From the NCBI GenBank assembly GCA_024636935.1, contig JAGXGC010000004.1, positions 17,287-81,286 of the forward strand: a DNA stretch of 64,000 nucleotides, given 5' to 3'. This document shows, one piece after another, positions 31,627 to 43,600 of this stretch (positions are counted from its first letter, which is position 1; the number at the start of each line of letters is the position of its first letter). Under the pieces are notes generated by a model. The model worked only from the letters and a program-made list of their open reading frames with translations. It had not been told where the DNA came from and did not search any database. This DNA is from Sideroxydans sp. GTDB lineage: Bacteria > Pseudomonadota > Gammaproteobacteria > Burkholderiales > Gallionellaceae. The position numbers were made by a program, and so were the translations under genes.

Positions 31627-33990
31627 TCATCCTTTCCATTTCCAGTCACGTATCTCCGGCATGTCCTGACCATGCTTGTCGATGTAGTGCTTGTGCTCAA
31701 TCAGTTTGTCTTTGAGTTGCTGCTTCAGATAGTTGCCTTTGTCGCCGGTCTGCGGCAAGCGGTCGATGGCGGCCATCACCAGATGGAAACGATCCAGATC
31801 GTTCAGCACCGTCATGTCGAACGGCGTGGTGATGGTGCCCTCCTCCTTGTAGCCGCGGACATGGATGTTGTCGTGGTTGGTGCGGCGGTAGGTCAAGCGG
31901 TGGATCAGCCACGGGTAGCCATGGAAGGCGAAGATCACCGGCTTGTCCATGGTGAACAGCTCATCGAAATCCATATCGCTCAAACCATGCGGGTGTTCGA
32001 TCTGCGGTTGCAACCGCATCAGGTTGACGACGTTCACCACGCGGATCTTCAGTTCGGGCATGTGCTCGCGCAGAATGGAGACGGCGGCCAAAGTTTCCAG
32101 CGTCGGCACGTCGCCGCAGCAGGCCATGACCAAGTCGGGTGCTACCGCCTGATCATTGCTGGCCCATTGCCAGATGCCGACACCCGCGGTGCAGTGTTTG
32201 ACGGCCTCGTCCATGGTCAGCCACTGCGGCGCCTGATACTTGCCCGCAATCACTACGTTGACGTAATGACGGCTGCGCAAGCAATGGTCCCACACCGAAA
32301 GCAGACAGTTGGCATCGGGCGGCAGGTACACGCGCACGATGGAAGCCTTCTTGTTGATCACATGATCGATGAAGCCGGGGTCCTGATGGGTGAAGCCGTT
32401 GTGCATCTGCTGCCAGACGTGGGAGGCCAACAGATAATTCAGCGACGCTATTTCCCGGCGCCATGGAATATCTTCGGTGATTTTCAGCCACTTGGCGTGC
32501 TGGTTGAACATCGAATCGATGATATGGATGAACGACTCGTAGCAGTTGAACAGGCCGTGCCGTCCGGTGAGCAGATAGCCTTCCAGCCAGCCCTGACACT
32601 GATGCTCGCTCAACATCTCCATGACGCGGCCGTCCTTGGCGAGGAACTCATCGTTGTCTTGCACCCTTGCCTCCCACTGCCGATCGGTCACCTCGAACAC
32701 GGCACCCAAACGATTGGAAAGTGTTTCGTCCGGACCGAAGATACGGAAATTACGTTGCGCCTGATTGAGCTTGGTTACATCGCGCAGGAACACTCCCAAC
32801 TCATGGGCGTCAGCCGCCGTCACGGCGCCGGGTGATGGCACCTTCACAGCGTAGTCGCAAAAGTCCGGCATGATCAGATCGCGCAACAGCATGCCGCCGT
32901 TGGCATTAGGGTTCGAGCCCATGCGCCGGTCGCCTTTGGGCGCGAGTTCGGCTAGTTCCGCGTTGAGGCGACCCGTCTCATCAAACAGTTCTTCCGGACG
33001 GTAGCTCTTCAGCCAGTCTTCCAGCAGTTGCAGATGTTTGGGATGCGCCGCATCCACCGCGAGCGGCACTTGATGCGCACGGAAAGTGCCTTCAATTTGC
33101 AAACCATCGACCACCTTCGGTCCGGTCCAACCCTTGGGAGATTTGAGTACGATCATTGGCCAGCGCGGACGCATGGTGTTGCCGTTGACGCGGGAATCGT
33201 GCTGGATCTCTCTGATCTGCTCCATCGCCTTATCAAGCACCGTCGCCATCGCCTCATGCATGAGCGCCGGATCATCACCTTCGACGTAATACGGCGTCCA
33301 ACCGCAGCCACGGAAGAACTGATCCAGCTCTTCCGGTTCTATGCGGGCGAACAGCGTAGGGTTGGCGATCTTGTACCCGTTCAGATGCAGGATCGGCAGT
33401 ACTGCGCCGTCGTTGACCGGATCGAGAAACTTGTTGGAATGCCAAGCGGTGGCTAGCGGGCCGGTCTCGGCCTCGCCGTCGCCGACGACGCAGGCGACGA
33501 TCAACTCTGGATTATCGAACACCGCACCAAAGGAATGGCTGAGCGAATAGCCCAACTCGCCGCCTTCATGGATAGAGCCCGGACATTCCGGCGACGCATG
33601 GCTGGGTATGCCGCCGGGAAACGAGAACTGCAGAAAGAGCTTTTGCAGGCCGACTTCGTCCTGACTGATGTTGGGATAGATCTCGCTGTAAGTGCCTTCA
33701 AGGTAGGTGTTGGCGACGACAGCCGGCCCACCATGACCGGGGCCGGAGACGAAGATCATGTCCAGATCGTATTTCTTGATGACCCGGTTCAGATGCACGT
33801 AGATGAAATTCTGCCCCGGCGTCGTACCCCAGTGCCCCAGTAACATCTTCTTGATGTCCGCCATCGCCAGCGGCCGTTTCAATAGCGGATTGTCGTAAAG
33901 GAATATCTGAGCGACCGAAAGATAATTGGACGCGCGCCAATAGGCATCCATCTTGTTCTTCAGTGCGGGAGTGAGGGTGTTGGTTTTCAT
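31627..33990 (-). CDS. xfp: Phosphoketolase (XFP family)
   Basis: [43 protein letters not shown] and [12 protein letters not shown]. Confidence 0.97.
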   Translation of the reverse strand: MKTNTLTPALKNKMDAYWRASNYLSVAQIFLYDNPLLKRPLAMADIKKMLLGHWGTTPGQNFIYVHLNRVIKKYDLDMIFVSGPGHGGPAVVANTYLEGTYSEIYPNISQDEVGLQKLFLQFSFPGGIPSHASPECPGSIHEGGELGYSLSHSFGAVFDNPELIVACVVGDGEAETGPLATAWHSNKFLDPVNDGAVLPILHLNGYKIANPTLFARIEPEELDQFFRGCGWTPYYVEGDDPALMHEAMATVLDKAMEQIREIQHDSRVNGNTMRPRWPMIVLKSPKGWTGPKVVDGLQIEGTFRAHQVPLAVDAAHPKHLQLLEDWLKSYRPEELFDETGRLNAELAELAPKGDRRMGSNPNANGGMLLRDLIMPDFCDYAVKVPSPGAVTAADAHELGVFLRDVTKLNQAQRNFRIFGPDETLSNRLGAVFEVTDRQWEARVQDNDEFLAKDGRVMEMLSEHQCQGWLEGYLLTGRHGLFNCYESFIHIIDSMFNQHAKWLKITEDIPWRREIASLNYLLASHVWQQMHNGFTHQDPGFIDHVINKKASIVRVYLPPDANCLLSVWDHCLRSRHYVNVVIAGKYQAPQWLTMDEAVKHCTAGVGIWQWASNDQAVAPDLVMACCGDVPTLETLAAVSILREHMPELKIRVVNVVNLMRLQPQIEHPHGLSDMDFDELFTMDKPVIFAFHGYPWLIHRLTYRRTNHDNIHVRGYKEEGTITTPFDMTVLNDLDRFHLVMAAIDRLPQTGDKGNYLKQQLKDKLIEHKHYIDKHGQDMPEIRDWKWKG

Positions 33991-34004
33991 GATTCGAATC
34001 CCTT

Positions 34005-34898
34005 TTAGTTTGCGGCTGCAGCTTCTAGCTGCGATGAACGGGCTTCAGCCTGAACCGCGCTCAAGCAGGCGCCGAAGATGAAGATACAACCGGAAAGGAA
34101 TATCCAAAGCAGCAGTGCCATGATTCCGCCGAATGCGCCATAGATCGCGTTTAACGTGCTGAAGTCTTTCAGATAGTTCACGAACAGGATTTCTGCTGCC
34201 TGCAGCAAAAGCGTAGCCATCAGCGCAGCGCCCCATACTTCCGCGAAGCGCGTGGGGCGACGCGGTGCCAGCTTGTAAAACATGCCCAGACTAACGAACA
34301 GCACCAGCAAGGAAATGAGAAAGCTGCCCAACGCATAGCTCCAGAAGATGAACGCATTCTCTTTAGAGATGGTCTCTGCGACCACTTGTGCCAGCATCGG
34401 TAAAGCAATTCCAAAAAATACCGCCCCTGCCGTAATGGCTAACAGCAGCAAACTCTTTAACGGCAGATGCCACCAATGTTTCACCTCGCACCCCCAAGCG
34501 CGGTTGGTCGCATTGATCAGGGTGGTGAAACATTGGATGGTTACCCATATCAGAATCAGTATCGCGATCACGCTGGCCTTTCCGCGCGCGTCCATGACAC
34601 CGGCGATGGTGTTGAAAATATAAGATTGCATCTCACTGCCTAGCGGTATGTAGCTTTCCACGTAGGTGATGACTGCTGTGGCGGGACTGTTCAAACCTGT
34701 CAATCTCGAAGCGATGGCGACGAGCAGAATGATCAATGGGAACAGCGAAAAGAACGCATTAAAGGCAAATGACTCAGCCCGCTCTACCCCTTCAATCAGT
34801 AAGAATCTTTTGGTGGCAAGACTAAATACCGTCCAGACTCTGCGAATGGTTTTATTGAACCGGATCGATCTGTCCGTGCGATGGAATGAATCACGCAT
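34005..34898 (-). CDS. YihY/virulence factor BrkB family membrane protein
   Basis: [11 protein letters not shown] and [18 protein letters not shown] motifs, multi-TM. Confidence 0.9.
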   Translation of the reverse strand: MRDSFHRTDRSIRFNKTIRRVWTVFSLATKRFLLIEGVERAESFAFNAFFSLFPLIILLVAIASRLTGLNSPATAVITYVESYIPLGSEMQSYIFNTIAGVMDARGKASVIAILILIWVTIQCFTTLINATNRAWGCEVKHWWHLPLKSLLLLAITAGAVFFGIALPMLAQVVAETISKENAFIFWSYALGSFLISLLVLFVSLGMFYKLAPRRPTRFAEVWGAALMATLLLQAAEILFVNYLKDFSTLNAIYGAFGGIMALLLWIFLSGCIFIFGACLSAVQAEARSSQLEAAAAN

Positions 34899-35547
34899 GT
34901 TGGTACGCCGGGCCTGCCGCGCGTGCATTCATCAATTTGAAGTGCAGGTAAATCAGAAAGCTGAGTATCGCGGAAAAGAAACACCACACGGAAAAGAATG
35001 CCTCGGTGTAAAACCAGTAAGCTGCGGAAAAAAGTATCAGTGTCAGGATGCCAAATATATTGATGAATCTGTGACTCGAAAAAAATGCGCTGACACAAGT
35101 TGCGACAACATAAAGCACCAATACTAATGGCTCGTGGAAGTTCGGAAAGATGTACACAACATGCCCATGAATTTCAGACGTGATCTGAAATCTGGCGATG
35201 AAGTAAAGCAGGTAAATACCGACTGCCCCACCAATGTAGCGAAATACCAGCAATGCCTTGATTCGCCATGGCACCGCTTCCACCAAACCGATTGCGAAGG
35301 GTATGAATACCGGCCACAGCACATGGGAGAACAGCGTAAACGTGTAAGTCATACTCACATTCAGTATCCTCGCGTCGTGCTGAAATGAGATCCACAGCAT
35401 CCCCTCAATGAGTTGCTGTATCCCAAACAGTAGCGGGATCATTGCAAAGGGAATCTCTTCTCTGCGTTTCGACATTTTTATGGTGAACAAGCCAAATACC
35501 GATAATGAGACCCCGGCTATAAAACTAGCGGTTGCTGAAAAACACAT
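34891..35547 (-). CDS. Multi-pass membrane protein (MCFSATASF-type, DUF6629-like)
   Basis: N-terminal MCFSATASF, IPLLFGIQQLIEG and C-terminal SVWCFFSA. Confidence 0.78.
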   Translation of the reverse strand: MCFSATASFIAGVSLSVFGLFTIKMSKRREEIPFAMIPLLFGIQQLIEGMLWISFQHDARILNVSMTYTFTLFSHVLWPVFIPFAIGLVEAVPWRIKALLVFRYIGGAVGIYLLYFIARFQITSEIHGHVVYIFPNFHEPLVLVLYVVATCVSAFFSSHRFINIFGILTLILFSAAYWFYTEAFFSVWCFFSAILSFLIYLHFKLMNARAAGPAYQHA

Positions 35548-35677
35548 TGCGCTTGATTCCTCTCTTGATCTAAGGGCGAGAGATCTTTTCTGTCATATAA
35601 ATCAGAAGATTGAACATGTTGCGTCCGTCGGTCTGTGCGCTATCTAACTTAGTTTTTAACTGATCGTGAACGCATCA

Positions 35678-35803
35678 CTATTTCTTCGACTGATTGAGAA
35701 TCACGACAACCAACAGGACGATAACCAGCGCGCCGATTACAGTCCACATCCACATCCCTCCGCCCATCGATCCATTCATCCATCCGTTTGCATAATCCAT
35801 CAT
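35678..35803 (-). CDS. Small single-TM protein (41 aa, Met/Gly/Trp-rich N-terminus)
   Basis: MMDYANGWMNGSMGGGMWMWTVIGALVIVLLVVVILNQSKK with an AGGAG RBS; lies inside a longer spurious ORF. Confidence 0.65.
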   Translation of the reverse strand: MMDYANGWMNGSMGGGMWMWTVIGALVIVLLVVVILNQSKK

Positions 35804-35859
35804 GATCGATCTCCTAATAATTGGACTACCCACCACCTGCCATCTGCGAACCAGATGAC

Positions 35860-37944
35860 TTAGGTCGTTTCTGTACTGACCGTTTTGATCTTCAACATCC
35901 GTGCATTGATTGCCACGATCACCGTGCTGGCTGCCATCAGTGCTGCACCCACGGCAGGTGTGAGCACCACGCCCCACGCATAAAGCGCACCGGCCGCCAG
36001 CGGAATGGCGACCACGTTGTAGCCCGTGGCCCAAACCAAGTTCTGGATCATCTTGCGATAGGTGGCGCGGGAAAGTTGCACGATGGCCACCACATCCAGC
36101 GGATCGCTGCGCACCAGGATCACGTCGGCGGTTTCAACGGCCACATCGGAACCGGCACCGATGGCGATGCCTACATCCGCCTGTGCCAGAGCTGGCGCAT
36201 CGTTCACACCGTCGCCCGTCATGGCGACTTTCACACCGCGGGCTTGCACCTCTTTCACTTTGGCGGCTTTGTCCTGCGGCAGCACTTCGGCGAAGTATTC
36301 ATCCAGCCCGATCTGATCCGAAACCCACTGCGCCGTCGCCTTGTTGTCGCCGGTGAGCATCATGCAGCGGATGTCCATCGCCTTGAGCGCAGCGATGGCC
36401 TTTTTCGCCTCGGGGCGGATGATGTCGGCCAACGCGATCGCGCCCTTCAACTGCCCGTCCACGAGCACGAACACCACCGTCTTGCCCTGCGCTTGCAGCG
36501 GCTCGACGCGCTTGTCATCGTGCGTGATGTCCTGTTCAGTCAAATAGCCGGGGCTGACCACTTTGATCTCTTTGCCGTCGACCCTGCCTTCCGCCCCTTT
36601 ACCGGGAATACTTTTGAAGTTCTCGACAGGCAGCTTCTTCTCATAAGATTCGGCGATCGCTTTGGCGATGGGATGTTCGGAATTCGCATCCACCGAGGCT
36701 GCATATTTGCGCAGCGTGTCTTCGTCGATGTCCTGCGCCAGCAGCAGCGTGTCGCTCACACCGAAGCGGCCTTCAGTCAGCGTGCCGGTCTTGTCGAAGA
36801 TGACGGCCTGCAATTTTCGGGCGCTTTCAAATGCACCGCGATTGCGGATCAGCAGACCATTGCTTGCAGCCAGTGCCGTCGAGACGGCCACCACCAGCGG
36901 CACCGCCAGACCGAGCGCGTGCGGACAGGTGATCACCATCACCGTCACGGCGCGCTCGATGGCATACGCGAATTCCTTGTTGATGAAAGACAGCCAGATG
37001 AAGAAAGTGATGGCACCACTGCCGAGCGCAATGAGGGTGAGCCACATTGCGGCCGTGTCGGCGAGGTTTTGCGTCTTTGATTTGCTTTGCTGCGCCTGCT
37101 TGACCAGATCGATGACCTGCGACAGAAACGAATCCTTGCCAGTACCTTTGACCTCGATAGTCAGCGAGCCTTCGCCATTGATGGCACCGCCGATGACTTT
37201 GCCGCCCGCCTGCTTGCTGACCGGCTTGGACTCTCCGGTGAGCATCGCTTCATTGACCGAACTCTCCCCTTCGACGATGACACCGTCAGCGGGGATCTTT
37301 TCTCCCGGCTTGATCAGCACCATGTCATCCACCGCCAGCTCGTTCAGTGGCACATCCTTCACGCTGCCGTCGGGCATCAACTTATGGGCGTCGGAAGGCA
37401 TCAGTTTCGCCAAGGCCTCCAGCGCTTTGGATGCGCCCATCACCGACTTCATCTCGATCCAGTGCCCGAGCAACATGATGTCTACCAGCGTGGCCAGTTC
37501 CCAGAAGAACACCTTGCCGGTCAAGCCGAACACCACAGCGCTGCTGTAGCTGTAAGCGGTGGTGATGGCGACGGCAACCAGCGTCATCATCCCCGGCTTG
37601 CGTGCTTTAAGCTCGCCGACCAGGCCCTTGAGGAAGGGCCAACCGCCATACCAGAACACCGCCGAGGCAAATCCGAACAGCACGTAGGTGTCGCCGGAAA
37701 AACTGATGGCCTCGCGCAAGCCGACCAGCTTTTGCAGCAGCGGCGAGAGCACAAGGATCGGCAGTGTCAGTACCAGCGAGATCCAGAAGCGCTGGCGGAA
37801 ATCCATCGCCATATGGGCGTGGTGGTTGTGATGATCGTGGCTGTGTTCGTCCATGTGCTTGTGGCCGCCACTTTTCAATTTGGCACCCGCATCCTGACTA
37901 TGCTTGGCTTCTTCAACCTCGTGCTGTTCGGAAGGATGTTGCAT
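35860..37944 (-). CDS. copB: P1B-3 heavy-metal (copper) P-type ATPase, CopB-like
   Basis: His-rich N-terminus, TGES, CPHALGL, DKTGTLT and GDGVNDAP. Confidence 0.92.
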   Translation of the reverse strand: MQHPSEQHEVEEAKHSQDAGAKLKSGGHKHMDEHSHDHHNHHAHMAMDFRQRFWISLVLTLPILVLSPLLQKLVGLREAISFSGDTYVLFGFASAVFWYGGWPFLKGLVGELKARKPGMMTLVAVAITTAYSYSSAVVFGLTGKVFFWELATLVDIMLLGHWIEMKSVMGASKALEALAKLMPSDAHKLMPDGSVKDVPLNELAVDDMVLIKPGEKIPADGVIVEGESSVNEAMLTGESKPVSKQAGGKVIGGAINGEGSLTIEVKGTGKDSFLSQVIDLVKQAQQSKSKTQNLADTAAMWLTLIALGSGAITFFIWLSFINKEFAYAIERAVTVMVITCPHALGLAVPLVVAVSTALAASNGLLIRNRGAFESARKLQAVIFDKTGTLTEGRFGVSDTLLLAQDIDEDTLRKYAASVDANSEHPIAKAIAESYEKKLPVENFKSIPGKGAEGRVDGKEIKVVSPGYLTEQDITHDDKRVEPLQAQGKTVVFVLVDGQLKGAIALADIIRPEAKKAIAALKAMDIRCMMLTGDNKATAQWVSDQIGLDEYFAEVLPQDKAAKVKEVQARGVKVAMTGDGVNDAPALAQADVGIAIGAGSDVAVETADVILVRSDPLDVVAIVQLSRATYRKMIQNLVWATGYNVVAIPLAAGALYAWGVVLTPAVGAALMAASTVIVAINARMLKIKTVSTETT

Positions 37945-37959
37945 ATGTTCTCCTTTTAA

Positions 37960-39411
37960 CTAGCTGATCTCGTCGATGCTGATGCCCAGCCCTGTTGCCA
38001 CACGGCTGCCGTAATCATGGTCGGCCTTGTAGAAGTGGATGGTCTGCCGCACTTGTATCGCGTGCGGCACCTCTTTCATCGCGCCCACCAGATTGCCGAC
38101 AAGTTGCATCTTCTGATCCTCGCTCATGAGACGGAACAGATCGCCGGCCTGGCTATAGTCTTCGTTGCCGTCGCGATGATCGTAGTGGTCTGCATCACCG
38201 CTGATCTTCAGTGGTGGCTCCTTGATGCGCACATCCTCTACCGGCCCGCCGACGCTATTGGGCTCGTAATTGACCGCGCCGCCGGAATTACCGTCGAAGC
38301 GGGTCTGTCCGTCGCGGTGATAGGTGTGCACCGGACAGCGCGGCTTGTTGACATCCAGTGCGGCATAGTTGACACCGATGCGGTAGCGGTGCGCATCCGG
38401 GTAGGACAGCAGCCGCGCCTGCAATACCTTGTCCGGCGAAGCGCCCATGCCGGGTGGCATGTTGCCGGGCTCGAATGCAGCCTGCTCCACTTCGGCGAAA
38501 TAATTCTGCGGGTTGCGGTTCAGCTCCATGATGCCCACCTCGATCAGCGGGTAATCCTTGTGCGGCCAAACCTTGGTGAGATCGAAGGGATGGATGCGAT
38601 AAGTCTCGGCATCCAGCTCCGGCATGATCTGTATCTGCACTTTCCATTTCGGAAACTCGCCGCGCTCGATGGCAGCGTGCAGATCGCGCCGGTGGAAGTC
38701 CAGATCCACACCGGCGATCTTCGCGGCTTCATCGTTGGTCAGTGTCTTGATGCCCTGCATGGTCTTGAAGTGCCACTTCACCCAGTAGCGTTCGCCTAGA
38801 TCGTTCCACAGGCTGTAGGTATGGCTGGAGTAGCCGTTCATGTTGCGCAGGGTGGCAGGAATGCCGCGGTCGGAAAACAGCGTCGTCACCTGGTGCAGCG
38901 ATTCCGGCGACAGACTCCAGAAATCCCATTGCATGGTGTTGTCGCGCAGCCCGGTGGCCGGATCGCGCTTTTGCGAATGGATGAAATCAGAAAATTTCAG
39001 CGCATCACGCACGAAGAAAACTGGGGTGTTATTGCCCACCATGTCCCAGTTTCCTTCCTCGGTGTAGAACTTCAGCGCAAAACCACGCGGATCGCGCGCC
39101 GTGTCTGCCGATCCCATCTCCCCTGCCACAGAGGAAAAACGGCCGAACATCTCGCACTGCTTGCCCACCTTGGCAAACAGTTTGGCGCGGGTATATCTGG
39201 AGATGTCGCCAGTGATGGTGAAAGTGCCATAGGCCCCCGCGCCCTTGGCATGCACCACCCGTTCCGGCACGCGCTCGCGGTTGAAATGCGCCATTTTTTC
39301 CATCAACTGATAATCCTGCATCAGCACCGGGCCGCGCGGGCCAGCGGTTTGCGAATTCTGGTTGTCGGCTATCGGCGTGCCGGCGGCTGTAGTCATAGGA
39401 CATTTGTTCAT
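37960..39411 (-). CDS. katA: Small-subunit monofunctional heme catalase
   Basis: [22 protein letters not shown] and [14 protein letters not shown]; start reassigned to MNKCP. Confidence 0.95.
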   Translation of the reverse strand: MNKCPMTTAAGTPIADNQNSQTAGPRGPVLMQDYQLMEKMAHFNRERVPERVVHAKGAGAYGTFTITGDISRYTRAKLFAKVGKQCEMFGRFSSVAGEMGSADTARDPRGFALKFYTEEGNWDMVGNNTPVFFVRDALKFSDFIHSQKRDPATGLRDNTMQWDFWSLSPESLHQVTTLFSDRGIPATLRNMNGYSSHTYSLWNDLGERYWVKWHFKTMQGIKTLTNDEAAKIAGVDLDFHRRDLHAAIERGEFPKWKVQIQIMPELDAETYRIHPFDLTKVWPHKDYPLIEVGIMELNRNPQNYFAEVEQAAFEPGNMPPGMGASPDKVLQARLLSYPDAHRYRIGVNYAALDVNKPRCPVHTYHRDGQTRFDGNSGGAVNYEPNSVGGPVEDVRIKEPPLKISGDADHYDHRDGNEDYSQAGDLFRLMSEDQKMQLVGNLVGAMKEVPHAIQVRQTIHFYKADHDYGSRVATGLGISIDEIS

Positions 39412-39436
39412 TGTGTTCTCCTTGTTAAGTTGGAAA

Positions 39437-40636
39437 TCAACACTTTTGGCCCAGACCAAGAACACGACAAACCATCTTGGCAATCATCTGCTCTTCGTCC
39501 GTATGAATGACGCGCACAGCAACTCGGCTGGAGGCTTTGGAGATCAAGCCTTTATTCGTCGTGTTTTGTTTTTGATCGAGTGCTATGCCGAGAAACTCCA
39601 AGTCCGCGCAGATTCGCTCACGGATCACCGCTGCGTTCTCTCCGATGCCACCCGAAAACACCAGCGTGTCCAGCCCGCCCAAGCTTGCGGCGTATGCGCC
39701 TATGTATTTTTTAACTTGATAACAGAACAGCTCGATCGCTTCGGCGGCACGCACATCCTCTGCCTCGTCCTCCAGCAACTCGCGCATGTCTGAACTGGTT
39801 TCGGAGATGCCGAGCAAGCCGGATTCGTGGTTCACCATCTTCTCGAATTGCGCCGATGTCATTTGGTCTCTGCGTGACAGAAACGAAAACAGTCCCGGAT
39901 CCAAATCACCGGCGCGGGTACTCATAACCAGACCGGATGCGGGCGTGAAGCCCATGCTGCTATCGATGCTCAGACCGTCACGCACCGCCGCCATGCTGGC
40001 CCCGTTGCCGAGATGGGCAAGGATCACACGACCCGTCGTTGCCGCCGAATCGCCGAGGCGCGCGAGTTCTTCCATCAGATATGAGTAGGACAAACCATGA
40101 AAGCCGTAGCGCAGAACGCCCAACTCTTCGTAGCGTCGCGGGATGGGCAGTAGCTTGGCGACTCTGGGCATGGAATGATGGAATGCGGTGTCGAAGCACG
40201 CCACCTGCGGCAGTTCCGGATAACGCTGTATAAATGTTTCGATCAGCTCGATCTCGCGCGGCAGATGTTCCGGGTCGTATGGCTTGATGCAATGCAGTTC
40301 GTTCAGTAATTCAGGGCTGACCAACTCAGGCGCGGTATGTTTCATGCCGTGCACTAAACGGTGCCCTGCGCCCATGATCGAAGTGAATCCATGCTGTTTC
40401 TCCAGCCAATCGATCAGAGAATTCGCCGCTGATCTGTGATCAGCGGCAACGAAACGGAGACTGGACTGCGGCTTACCATCCAGACCGTGAACCGTCAGAT
40501 TCGTCCCGCTCAGGCCGATGCGATCGACCATTCCATAAAGTAAGCGCTGCAGTGGCTCATCAACCTGATACAAGGCGAACTTGATGCTCGACGAGCCACC
40601 GTTGATCACCAGAATGCATGGGGAATCGTTTTTCAT
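39437..40636 (-). CDS. ackA: Acetate kinase
   Basis: [37 protein letters not shown] and FSGGIGEN. Confidence 0.95.
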   Translation of the reverse strand: MKNDSPCILVINGGSSSIKFALYQVDEPLQRLLYGMVDRIGLSGTNLTVHGLDGKPQSSLRFVAADHRSAANSLIDWLEKQHGFTSIMGAGHRLVHGMKHTAPELVSPELLNELHCIKPYDPEHLPREIELIETFIQRYPELPQVACFDTAFHHSMPRVAKLLPIPRRYEELGVLRYGFHGLSYSYLMEELARLGDSAATTGRVILAHLGNGASMAAVRDGLSIDSSMGFTPASGLVMSTRAGDLDPGLFSFLSRRDQMTSAQFEKMVNHESGLLGISETSSDMRELLEDEAEDVRAAEAIELFCYQVKKYIGAYAASLGGLDTLVFSGGIGENAAVIRERICADLEFLGIALDQKQNTTNKGLISKASSRVAVRVIHTDEEQMIAKMVCRVLGLGQKC

Positions 40637-43600
40637 AGTTTGCTCACTTTCATTTCGACGAAATGTTCTTGGTGGTCATCCACCAAGGGGATTGTTTGCG
40701 CGGCCAGTGCGTTGCCATCAAGTACGAGTCGATCTGCGTCACCGATCTGGGCATCGAGCTGGGTGATGGTGATGTGATAGATGGTTTGCCGGAAACGGTA
40801 ATGAATCTTGTAGCTAGACCAGCTTTGCGGCATGCGCGGGGTCAGACGCAGCTGGTCACCTTCACGGTTCACACCCAGCATGGTTTCGATCAGTAGGCGG
40901 TACATCCAACCGGCTGATCCTGTGTACCAAGTCCAGCCGCCGCGGCCTGTATGGGGAGTAACGGCATAGACATCCGCCGCGATGACGTAAGGCTCCACTT
41001 TATAGGTGGCGATCTGCTCGGCAGTGCTGGTGTGATTGACCGGATTGAGCAAGGTCACCAGTTCCCAAGCGCGCTCGTGATCTCCCATGAGCGCAAAGGC
41101 CATGGCAGCCCAGATGCCGCCGTGAGTATATTGGCCGCCGTTCTCGCGCACCCCAGGTATGTAACCTTTGATGTAACCGGGATCGAGTGCAGATTTGTCG
41201 AACGGTGGATCGAACAACTGGATCAACCCGGTATCGCGGTGCACCAGATGCTGGTCTACGGCATTCATCGCCTGTCCTGAGCGATGCACATCACCCGCAC
41301 CGCTGATCACCGACCAGCTCTGCGGCAGGGAATCGATCTGGCATTCCGGACTACTGTGCGAACCCAACATCTCGCCGTTGTCGAACCAAGCACGGCGATA
41401 CCACTTGCCGTCCCAAGCATGTTGCTCGATGTTTTGTTGCAACTGCTTAGCCTGCGTGACGCAACGTTCGGCAAAGTCGTGGTCGTTACGCGTACGCGCC
41501 AGCTCAGCGAATTGGCTGAGGACGTCGTAAAGAAAGAACGCCAACCAAACACTTTCGCCCCGCCCTTTGATGCCAACCAGATTCATGCCATCGTTCCAGT
41601 CGCCGCAACCCATCAACGGCAGGCCGTGTTCGCCGAATCTCAGTCCGCGTTCAATGGCGCGCACACAATGCTGGTAAAGCGTGGCCGCATCTTCAGTACG
41701 GTTGGGCAGATCATAGAAAGCTTCCTCATCCGGTTTGAGCGGCCGCGATTCAAGGAAGGGGATCGATTCATCCAGCACGCCGCTATCGGCGACGCTCTTC
41801 ACATAACGGCAGGTGACGAACGGCAACCACAGATAATCATCGGAAAAATGCGTGCGTACGCCCCGCCCTGCCGGTGGATGCCACCAATGTTGCACATCGC
41901 CTTCGCGGAATTGGTGTGCGGCTGCGCGCAGCAGATGTTCGCGTGTGAGCGCCGGTTCGGCATGCATCAGCGCCATCACATCCTGCAACTGATCGCGGAA
42001 TCCGTAAGCGCCGCCGGACTGATAGAACCCGGAGCGTCCCCACAGCCTGCTACTTAAGGTCTGATACAACAGCCAACCGTTCGCCATCACATTCACAGCG
42101 GGATCAGGCGTATCCACGTTCACTGCACCCAGTGTTCGATTCCAATATTCCCAAACACCTTCAAGTGCGATGCGACTGGCATCCACTTTGCGGAAGCGCC
42201 GGATAAGCTCATGCACTTCGGTCGGATTGCGGCCGACGCCGAGACGGAACGTGGTTTCGCGCTTTTCCCCGACCGCCAGATTGAAAGTGACTTGTATCGC
42301 ACCGCATGGGTCCAGCCCGGCACCAAATTTTCCGGAAAGTCGCGCGCGTTTCAGTGCCGCCGGATGCGACAGGTTGCCGTTCCTGCCGATGAACTCCTTA
42401 CGGTCGCCGGTGAGCGTGCGTGTCGAATCGTTCACATCCATGAACACGATGCGCCCGCTGTAGTCGGTGTTGTAATGATTTCGTGCCAGCAAAGCACCTG
42501 TCTTGAGATCCACTTCGGTTTGCACGTGTAACAGATTCTTATGCCGCGAATCACCCAATACCCATTCACAGTAGCCGGTGACCGAAATGCGGCGCGCATG
42601 TCCCGACACGTTGCGCAATTTCAACACCGACAATTTCACTGGGGCATCCATCGCCACATACACCCACAACTCGGAGACGATGCCGTTCTCGGTATGTTCG
42701 AACACGCTGTAACCGAAACCGTGGCGGATCACATATGGCGTTCTGCCGCGTGCGGGGCCGGGTGTGGGCGACCAGTAATGTCCGGTCTGTTCGTCTCGGA
42801 TGTAGATGGCCTCACCGGCGCTGTCCTGCACCGGATCGTTATGCCAGGGGGTGAGCCTGAATTCATGCGCGTTCTCAACCCAGGTGTAGGCCGCACCACT
42901 CTCGGAAACCACCGTGCCGAAATACGGATTGGTCAGCACGTTGACCCACGGTGCGGGCGTCACTTGGCCGGGTTGCAGGGTGATCACATATTCGTGGCCG
43001 TCGCGGGTGAAGCCGCCCAGTCCATTTGCAAACGTCAGCTCGCGTTGCGCAAGCGATGCGGGCAATTCGGCTAAACCGGAACGGGTGGGGATCAGCGCCG
43101 GAATAGGCGGTTCCACGACAGCGTGCGGTTCCATCTGTTCTGCCAGACTGCCCTTCTCATCGTCCAGCACGATGCGTGCAGCGGATTGCAGCAACACAAT
43201 GTCATCGCTGGAAACCTGCTCGACACGCCGCACGAAGATGCCGCCCGGCTGATCCAGCATTTGTGCTTCACCGCTGGATGAGATCAGGCTGGTGATGGTG
43301 TCGTGCAAGGATTGGCGATAGACCGAAACATCCTCGTTCAGGATCACCAGCTCGACCGTCAACCCTTTCGTGCGCCAGTAGGCGTGCGCCTTGATCACTT
43401 GCCTTACCAACTCGATCTTCTCCGTGTCGCTGATGCGCAGCAACACCAGTGGAGAGTCGCCGGAGATACCGTAACTCCACAGGCCGCTCTGGCCACGACG
43501 ATTGCCGCGCAACACGGCCGGGCTGGCACGGCGTGCGGGATCGGCATAGATCAAGGCACCGGCCAACTTGGCATAGAGCTGCGCTTCCGCTTCCGAGGCA

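Noticed and set aside
31363-32835. 490 aa plus-strand ORF, and similar long antisense ORFs at 18925..20043, 35821..37080 and 13210..14193
   Set aside because: They lie antisense to well-conserved genes (xfp, kaiC, copB, HK2) and have no recognisable motifs; typical shadow ORFs of GC-rich codon usage.
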